Shown piece after piece: positions 53,193 to 61,245 of a stretch of DNA of 64,000 nucleotides. Numbering within the stretch: position 1 is the first letter of the stretch; every line of letters starts with the position of its first letter. The notes under the pieces are model-generated. The model was not told the origin of the DNA. It did not search any database and saw only the letters and a list, made by a program, of their open reading frames with translations. Source of the stretch: Tubulanus polymorphus (lineage: Eukaryota; Animalia; Nemertea); the NCBI RefSeq assembly GCF_964204645.1, contig NC_134026.1, positions 12,423,950-12,487,949 on the forward strand, written 5' to 3'. The position numbers and the translations under genes are program-made.

Positions 53193-53615
53193 CTAATTAG
53201 TAAATTTATATGCTACAAATATAACAATAACAGTTCCACCTAAAATCCATATTATTTCATATTTCTGTTGTTCCTTACTTGGGGTATAATAATCTGATAA
53301 TTTAGGTTTATGTAGATGTAATTTTTCTTTATTGGTTACCGCGTTATATAAACTCATTGCATCATCGACTGATTGAAAATCTCTATGTGAAATCTTCTGA
53401 TCATATAATTCTTTATTGATGTAATCCATATAGTTTTGTCTTTTTTCTCTATATTCTTCTGCTGCTTTATTATTTTTTTCTAATGCTAAGTTATGTCTTT
53501 TCTGTTCTGATAATGAACCATTTTTATCAATATGCTTAAATAAATAACCACCACCTGTAAATGCTAAAGCGTTAACAATTGCCGATTCTTTAATAGTTAT
53601 AATTGTAGATGCCAT
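53193..53615 (-). CDS. Conserved Polinton protein, 140 aa, amphipathic N-terminus and C-terminal TM
   Basis: VNALAFTGGGYLF...EQKRHNLALEK...KPKLSDYYTPSKEQQKYEIIWILGG; homolog at 2806-2991. Confidence 0.75.
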   Translation of the reverse strand: MASTIITIKESAIVNALAFTGGGYLFKHIDKNGSLSEQKRHNLALEKNNKAAEEYREKRQNYMDYINKELYDQKISHRDFQSVDDAMSLYNAVTNKEKLHLHKPKLSDYYTPSKEQQKYEIIWILGGTVIVIFVAYKFTN

Positions 53616-53638
53616 TTATTCAGCAAAAAATTATGCAT

Positions 53639-53857
53639 TTATATAGGAGGAATATATTTTTGTTTTTCCAAATAATCAATAGTTAAATTAGATAAAGTAA
53701 CTGCTAATGTTAATTTTAAAATATCATTTATATCAAATCTATCAACATTAACACTTCCCATTTTACATACTTTAAATACCATTGAATAACCAACAGTTCC
53801 AACTGATAGTAAGGCACCATTATATAATCCAGTTATTATCCACTTATTATCACTCAT
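53639..53857 (-). CDS. Conserved small hydrophobic Polinton protein, 72 aa
   Basis: LYNGALLSVGTVGYSM...DILKLTLAVTLSNLTIDYLEKQKYIP; homolog at ~3017-3238. Confidence 0.75.
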   Translation of the reverse strand: MSDNKWIITGLYNGALLSVGTVGYSMVFKVCKMGSVNVDRFDINDILKLTLAVTLSNLTIDYLEKQKYIPPI

Positions 53858-53891
53858 TTATTTATTTAAAAAAATTACTATCTTCAAAATA

Positions 53892-54191
53892 TTAAGTTAT
53901 CTTATTTATAATTATTTCAACATTTATTTCATTACTACTTTTATGATTATCATATATTTTAGATACTATATCTTTGATATAATCGATAATTCTATCTTGA
54001 TTTAATTCATAATATTCTAAGGGCGTTTTGATTAAATCAATTACTTTTTCTATATTATACTTTTCTTTATTAATTATTGATGCATTGTTAAAAGAATTAC
54101 TTTTAATATCAGTAATTACATCATTTCTCATTTCTTTACCATGTTTAAAATCAAACCCAAAACATATACTCGGCCCAACAGTTATATTCAT
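53892..54191 (-). CDS. Hypothetical Polinton protein
   Basis: MNITVGPSICFGFDFK is conserved with 3239-3589. Confidence 0.65.
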   Translation of the reverse strand: MNITVGPSICFGFDFKHGKEMRNDVITDIKSNSFNNASIINKEKYNIEKVIDLIKTPLEYYELNQDRIIDYIKDIVSKIYDNHKSSNEINVEIIINKIT

Positions 54192-54217
54192 TTATATAGT
54201 GAAGAAAATTACTCTCA

Positions 54218-54965
54218 TCATCTTATAACTAATTCATATATCACAGGAAAGTTATTCAAATCAATTAAATATCCATTATGATTTCTAATTTCTAATCTAA
54301 AATTATTAAATTGAGGAATGCATGGTTTGAAATCACATTCTGTTAAATTATAATTTATTTGCGTTCCAAATTCTTTAACATTCTTCAATGGTAAAATATT
54401 TAATATACTAGAATTACAAGTTATATCTTTAGTTGCTTCGAATGTTTTTGTAGGATCGATTAAATTGCAATTAATATAAAAGTGTGTAAAAGGTATTAAG
54501 TTAGGTGTAGCATCAATATTTGTAAAAGATTTATCTGGAGGAATTCCTTACAGTTTAGCTATAGGTTTTTTTACCATAGATTTATGTTTTTCAATATCAG
54601 CCAACCTTACATTATTTTGTCAGAACTCTCACTTTTTAAAAATCTAATATTAAACCCGGAATTATTACCTGACTTGTGCCAGGCTTTTCTATTATTTCTT
54701 GTGCCAATGTATCTAAATTATATAACCCTGGTTTTAAATATATATAGGCCCATTCATTTTTATTTTTATTAAAAATTAAAACGGCTCTATGTTCAACAGT
54801 TTTATTCGATATATTGTAAAATGAGTTACATAAACTTATATTTACTAATTTTAAATCAACACAATTCTTAAATTCTCTGTCTAATTGTACTAGTAAATTA
54901 TGTGATTTATAATTTGTAAGACTTCTTGAATCAACAAATATTCTATATTCTCTTAATTCCACCAT
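54218..54965 (-). pseudogene. Minor capsid (penton-like single jelly-roll) protein, frameshifted
   Basis: YRIFVDSR...VQLDREFKN...NISLCNSFYNIS...LKPGLYN...PNLIPFTHFYINCNLID...LEIRNHNGYLIDLNNFPVIYELVIR. Confidence 0.75.
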
Positions 54966-54979
54966 TTATTTTACATATT

Positions 54980-55333
54980 TTATTCGAAATCTATTTCATG
55001 GTGCCCTTTTTCATTCTTACCTGTGTATATGAAATAGAAATCACCTGAACATAATTCTTCTAAATCTTCACTTGACAATCTATGAAATCTATCCGGTAAA
55101 TATGTTCTGAATTTATATTATATTCATTTTAATCCTTCATATTCTAAGTGGATGACTTATTTACTACCATATCTATTAGTAACTGTATCAATATTTGTAA
55201 TTAGATATTTATTATGAATTGTTAATTCTGTTAACTTTTTGAATTTATAATCTACAGATTTTACATTTGTGATATCTTTAATTCTATCTAGAAATGATTT
55301 GTTGTTCTCACTGTATACTTGTTTACTCTCCAT
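54980..55333 (-). pseudogene. Second copy of the 117-aa gene in the right TIR of B (disrupted)
   Basis: Inverted, diverged copy of 22925-23278. Confidence 0.9.
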
Positions 55334-55392
55334 TTTAATAACATATTTTTTATTAAAATTGATTTTAGAAGTTATAAGATTAATATTTTAAG

Positions 55393-55522
55393 AGTAATAG
55401 GGAATATGTTTTTCTAAATTAAAGGTTGAGCGGTTGAGTGAGTAAAAAATGAAAAATAAATTCGAGTGTGCGAGAATTAATTTTTCATTTTTTACTCACT
55501 CGACAACATATTCCCTATTACT
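55393..55522. repeat. Terminal palindrome of Polinton B right TIR (130 bp, outer arm partly deleted)
   Basis: AGTAATAGGGAATATGTT...CGAGTGTGCGAG...AACATATTCCCTATTACT. Confidence 0.92.
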
Positions 55523-55771
55523 GTTTATAATACAAAAAGAAATAAAACATCAAAAAGTAATAAAATGTTTAAAAATGATTCAAACTTTACAACAGAAAAG
55601 GATATTAAAGCATCATCTTATATTAGATTACCATTTACAACAAAAGCAGTAATAAATTGTGAAAATGAAGATAATAAATGTTTTCTATGGTCAACAGAAG
55701 ATATTACGCATAGTTTTAGAATAATATATTACCGGAAATATGAAACATTATATAAAATTGATCAATATCCT
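55523..55771 (+). pseudogene. Continuation of copy C pPolB, truncated by a BEL LTR
   Basis: VYNTK...DIKASSYIRLPFTTKAVINCENEDNKCFLWS..YKIDQYP. Confidence 0.88.
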
Positions 55772-57885
55772 TGTCAAGACGCTGTAAAAAGGGGGCAAAA
55801 TCCTCCCCTCGAAAAACTAACAGGTTTTCTCTTTAAAGGACTGACTATATAAATGTCCCGTGGTCACCTGTTAGAATGTCCAACCAACGCAGTAACGCAT
55901 GACTGCCCATATATAAATAAATAAACATAAATATCCGACATTCTCCGGGGCCACAAAGAGTTACAAATAAATTTCGGAAATTCGGAATAAATCGATTAAT
56001 CGTCTTCTTCTGATTCTTCATCATGGGCGATTCTTCTGATCTTGTCTCGTGCCTTCGTTGCGGCACCTCGTGGTAACCGAGATAGCAACACTTCCGCATC
56101 AGAATCGTCTACTTCAGCATCTCGTCCAGACTGTGGACGGGACACGTCACCCTTTGTAGCTTCTCGGACCTCCAAAGGATAAAGTTTCGATATGGAGCGA
56201 TTGGTTGAACCATTCTTAGTACGTAGTGACACGAAACGTACTAAACTGTCTCTACCATAATGCAGATCTGTAACGACACCCATCTGCCACTTTGACCTTG
56301 GCTCTTCATCCTCGATCAGCACAACATCTCCGCGACTTATGAATAGTTCATTCTTGCCGGCTTTCTGTTGATAGTATTCACGCAAAGACGCCAAGTACTC
56401 TCGCGCCCATCTATTCGAAAAGTGCTGCATAATTACAGACAGATGTTTCGATCTCGATTCTGCGACGCAAGGCTTCAGCTCAAAGTCTGGGTCCTCTAAT
56501 TCCCCCGGGGCCACATACGAATGCGGCAATGAGGTGACACGCCTACCAACCATAAGCTGAGACGGAGTTAGAGGATTCTCATCCGACGGGTCTGACGACA
56601 AATAGGTTAACGGACGATCGTTCACGACGCTTTCTACTTCGGTTATGACGGTTCGAAACTCATCGATAGTTAAAAGCGCTCGACCAACGATTTTCTTCAA
56701 AACACTCTTCACGACTCCTACTAAGCCCTCCCAATAGCCTCCGACCCAGGGGGCACGTTTCGGTATAAAATTCCACGATACGCCGTTTTGACTAATAAAC
56801 TCCTTAGCCTTAATGATTTAGAAGCATCGTCCGACAATATTTTCTTCGGTAGTGATCTTCTCGCAACAAATCTTCTAAACGCGCGAATAAACGATGCGGT
56901 TGTTAGGTCTTCTGTCACCTCGAGATGTACACCACGACTAACCGAACACGTAAAAAGACAAATATATGCCTTTCCGATAGTAGACGGAGTTCTGACGTTA
57001 AACGGTCCAGCATAATCCAGTCCGGTATAAAAGAACGCTGGAACTCGAGCAACTCTATTTACTGGTAGCGGTGGAGGATCCGGAAAACGGAACGGACGGC
57101 TGTTGAATCTACGACAAATGACACATTGACGGAGGCGACTTTTAACCAGTTGACGGATGCACGGTATCCAGTACATCTGACGTATGTACGATACAGTAGA
57201 ATTTACTCCCAGGTGGAATACCTTCTCATGCGCATCTTTGATAACGAGATTACTAAATGCATGTAACTTCGGCAGCAGACACGGATATTTCGTAGAAGAA
57301 GCAATATCAGCGTTATCGATTCTACCGCGAGAGCGTATAAGCCCTTCTACGTCCATATAAAGCTGCAATTGACGGATTATCGGAGTTTTGACTTTCACCT
57401 GACCTCCTGACTATACGGAATGAACATCTGGAAACTCAGAACGTTGCAAGTCTCTGATTCACGACAATCGCGCCGCTTCTATCTCGGTTTGATCCAAAGG
57501 TTCACGGTTTTTCAATTTACCTCGCGTATTGTCAATAATTCGACGCACCCAGGCGGTGACGCGCAACAACTTGCGGAGACTCGACATCCTAGTCGCATCC
57601 ACTATTTCAGTAACACCAACTTTTTCACGTGGAACGGCTCCCTTAACTGAGTTCACATCAGTACCCACTTCCATAGCAGAAATAAATGCTGAATATGGCG
57701 ACCATGTCGGATGACTCCCAGAAACCAACCATTTTGGTCCATGCCACCATAACGAATTACTATGTAGGTTCAATGGTTTCTCAGTAGAAATCCTGTACAG
57801 TACAGATTGGCTGTCCGACCACATGTACAATTTCAACGGTTGACCGATTTCCCGAATAATACTACTAGCCAGACGTGACCCTATA
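55772..57885 (-). mobile_element. Second BEL/Pao retrotransposon, 3' fragment (RNase H remnant, integrase, PPT, short LTR)
   Basis: WSDSQ, WWHGPKWL, GLDYAGP, LFTCSVSRGVHLE, NDRPLTY, PLTPSQL, NRSISKLYPLE. PPT GGCCCCGGAGAA precedes an LTR-like segment TGTC...GACA at 55772-55940. Confidence 0.9.
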
Positions 57886-58375
57886 CACCCTTCTCGTAAC
57901 GTGGCGCTTTGTTGCGGCGGCAACGAGAACTAACTAATAGTGACGTCATTCGGTGAACGATTTTACTTCCGCGAGCGCGGTACTCTACCCTGTGATCTCG
58001 TGATATTAATCGCTGCTAGTGCTAGAATTATGGTAAGTATGGGTAAGCAGTATCAACCATATCAATTATTGTTATCACCAGTAATGTAATGTGCGATTAA
58101 TGCCAGTGTATGACCTCTTTATCGGCGAGAAATCGACCGAGATTCAACTTGAACTACTTAACAAAATTCCGGCGAGGTTTGTAGGTCACCTCCGCCGCAC
58201 TGCCACAGATAAGACATTTGAGTCATTTCCTTGAATCTTTTTTTTGAACTGTTAGATTAAACGATCTCTCAGCTAATAAATTACTTATGTACCAGTACTC
58301 AATAATAACAGCTTCGGAAGTCAAAATATTGTTGTTAGGCTAGCCTCTAGTGAATCAGTATATAAAAACCTTCTT

Positions 58376-58543
58376 GGGTATCATTCATTTATTACGTACG
58401 CATAAGATTTGAATATTTCACCCCCCCCCCCCCCCCCTGTACGCAAAATCGGCCGTTTTTTCATATACATTAAGCATTACAGTATGCAATTGCACTTACC
58501 CCTCCCCCCTCCCCTAGTGCGTATGTAATAAATGAATGACCCC
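58376..58543. mobile_element. Harbinger-type MITE in an intron
   Basis: TIR TCATTCATTTATTACGTACGCA / TGCGTATGTAATAAATGAATGA; possible 3-bp TTG TSD. Confidence 0.7.
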
Positions 58544-58622
58544 TTGTTACTTAACTGTCTTAAGACACAGCAGGCTAGATAATACTAACAACTAATACAA
58601 TTTTATTCTTTTGATTTTTTAG

Positions 58623-60202
58623 GATGATCACTACTATTCATTTAGTTTATCGAAGGATTATGAAACCGAGAGCCGTGACGAAGATTCAAGGAGAAAGAAA
58701 GGTTCTACGGTTAGTAAAATTAATTTGTACATGCCTAATATTCAAGAGCAAATATTTTTGATTTCTTGATAAAATTCTAATAATCGTACGTTCATAGATT
58801 TATCATAAGACTGATAATTAAATAAAATTTGAGCTTTATCCCCTATCTGTTATGATTAATTTACAATGCCTTATTGAACAATTTGCAACAATAATTTATA
58901 TCGATTTAATTTTTTTTAGAGTCGGAGAAGCTGCTGCGTCCCTTATTGCACCAAATCCGGATATTATCATGTTGAAGGCCACGGTGTAGTTTCATATTTT
59001 AGTTTCCCATCAGAACTTGGGCTGAGAAAACAGTGGTTGGCCCGCATTAAACGTGATGAAGGAGACCTGTTTGAAATAACGAAAAACACATTTGTGTGCT
59101 CGCAGCATTTCAAAAAGGACGATTATCGTGATGTATCCAGTTATTCAGGACGTAGATATCTTAAGTCAACCGCCATTCCGTCTGTGTTTTCTTGTTGGGA
59201 AGGAGAAGTCACGAACTGGAACCCAAAAAAACTGAGGAAACCAAATAAACTTGTTAACTTATGTGATTCGCGCGTTCAAACTACATGTACATCAGTAGTT
59301 CCAACGGAGGATACTTCAGAATTTGCCCCCACGTGTGAGCCAATTTCTTTGTTCGAGGACGATGGACCGGATTTGCTTGAAACAACTGTTACTGATAATG
59401 GCATGGACTTGATGTCATGTAGTACTACAATAACTCATAATGATTACACAGAACTTTTAAACAGGATATCTAACCTTGAACTAGAAAATGAAAAGCTCCA
59501 GTCTCAGGTGGAAAGTTTGCAATCAGAAAACAGATTTACCATTGATAGACTTAGTGTTGATAATATAACATTCTATATACAGGTTTTCCAAATATAGAGA
59601 CTTTTAATTCAGTGCTAAAATTTTTAAACCCGGGAGAACTTGGTGAAAATTTAATAGTGGCTAAATCAGAACCCTCTGCATCAGTTATAAAAAAGGGTCG
59701 GCCATTTGCTTTGTCTCCTAGGGACCAGTTTTTTTCTGTTTTTGACTAGGATACGACTTGGTCTATTAGAGCAAGACCTAGCTAACCGATTTGATATCTC
59801 AGTTGCTACAGTTAGCCGTTTGATTATAACCTGGGCTAATTTTGTTTATCTTAGACTTGGCGCTCTGCCAATTTGGTCTTCAATTTGCCCTTTGATCAGG
59901 GTGATGACATTATGGCAGATAAAGGGTTTGATATTCAAGATTTGTTGGATCCTATGGGTGTTCATCTTAATATTCCGCCATTTCTTCAGATGCAAGACCA
60001 AATGTCTGCTGATGATGTTGCCAAAACACAGTCAGTGGCAGCTGAACGGATTCATGTCGAAAGATTGATTAATAAGGTCAAAACCTTTCATATTTTTGAT
60101 CAAGTGATCCCATTGAGTTTAAGTGGATCAATAAATCAAATATGGACAGTATGTGCTCTTTTAACACTGTTCCAAAACCCAATTATATCTGTATCTGATT
60201 AA
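58623..60202 (+). pseudogene. THAP-domain DDE_Tnp_4 transposase, spliced 5' end, catalytic core partly deleted
   Basis: SCCVPYC...FSFP...KQWLARIKR...VCSQHF; FLTRIRLGLLEQDLANRFDISVATVSR; IMADKGFDI..LNIPPFL..RIHVERLINKVKTF. Confidence 0.88.
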
Positions 60203-60430
60203 TGATTATGTATATATGTCAAGATGTGTGAAATATTTTGAAAAAATGTATTTCTGCTTAATTAAAAACTTGAAAAATAATGTGAAAATCCTCGTATTAT
60301 GCTGTGAAAAATGTATTTGATAACAAACTGCAAGTCCATTGATATATTGGAACTCTCATTTTATTGCTTACAAAATCAATTTATCAGTTAAAATATACTG
60401 TACGTGTGCACATTCTTATGGTTGTTAAAC

Positions 60431-60597
60431 TTAATTTTCATTCATGGCAGGAAGGAAATATCTAATGAAGAAATTTGCTAATTTTGCAACCGCCTCATTC
60501 CAAAATTCAAGATCGAATGGAACACGGATTATCAACATGCCTTTACTTGTATAAACCAGAAAGTCACACCAAGTTAACCCAGTCAAGGCCATCTGGT
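60431..60597 (-). pseudogene. C-terminus of YqaJ/lambda-exonuclease-like protein
   Basis: QMALTGLTWCDFLVYT...IRVPFDLEFW...KLANFF..YFLP. Confidence 0.8.
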
Positions 60598-60778
60598 AAA
60601 AATACAGATACATCCAAAATACAGTCGAATGAATGTTGGTAGTTGAATTAGCCAGGAAAATAAAGAATAAGCTATCTTTTAATTTTTGGTCTTAAAGGCC
60701 TACCTCATTGCACGTGAAATTGTCGTAACCTAGATCGTAGACGTCAGCTGTAGGCCTATCATTACCAACAAGTGTGCT

Positions 60779-61166
60779 AGTAATAGGGGTAATGGGCTTT
60801 CATACCAAAGGTCGAAAGGTCGAGCTCATTAAAAACAAAACATTAAAAGTAATTTAAAACTATAATATATTTTCATAACCGTGTACATTTTATATTATAA
60901 CTAAATATTTATTCTAAGATATCAATAATTTAAAAAGCATATTGTATTAAATCAATTGGTCGCGGAGCGGAGCGGTAGCGAAGCGAAATTGATTTATTTA
61001 CAATACACAAATTCATATAATCAAATATAATCAAATAATAATAATATTCAACTGAAATACACACGGTTATGAAAATATATTATAGTTTTAAATTACTTTT
61101 AATGTTTTGTTTTTAATGAACTCGACCATTCAACCTTTAACCTGAAAGCCCATTACCCCTATTACT
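60779..61166. repeat. Terminal 388-bp palindrome of Polinton D
   Basis: ~106-bp arms at 60779-60884 and 61061-61166; inner stem ~60940-61006 around a GCGGAGCGGAGCGGTAGCGAAGCG loop. Confidence 0.95.
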
Positions 61167-61245
61167 CTTAAAATATCCATATATATGAATAAAATATAAA
61201 TGAATAACTTCTAAAATCAATTTTAATAAAAAATTTAGTATTAAA

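Larger units (their letters stand above)
22718..55522. mobile_element. Polinton/Maverick copy B with both TIRs and a 6-bp TSD (centre deleted, pPolB split by a Helentron)
   Basis: Starts AGTAATAGGG and ends CCCTATTACT. TSD GTTTAT at 22712-22717 and 55523-55528. TIRs ~22718-23294 and ~54968-55522. The flanks rejoin into continuous pPolB homology (..NVY|NTKRNK..KASSYIRLPF). Confidence 0.93.
57886..60778. mobile_element. ISL2EU/PIF-Harbinger-related element, internally deleted (boundaries approximate)
   Basis: Convergent THAP-DDE_Tnp_4 and YqaJ-like genes, the known ISL2EU arrangement. Confidence 0.8.
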
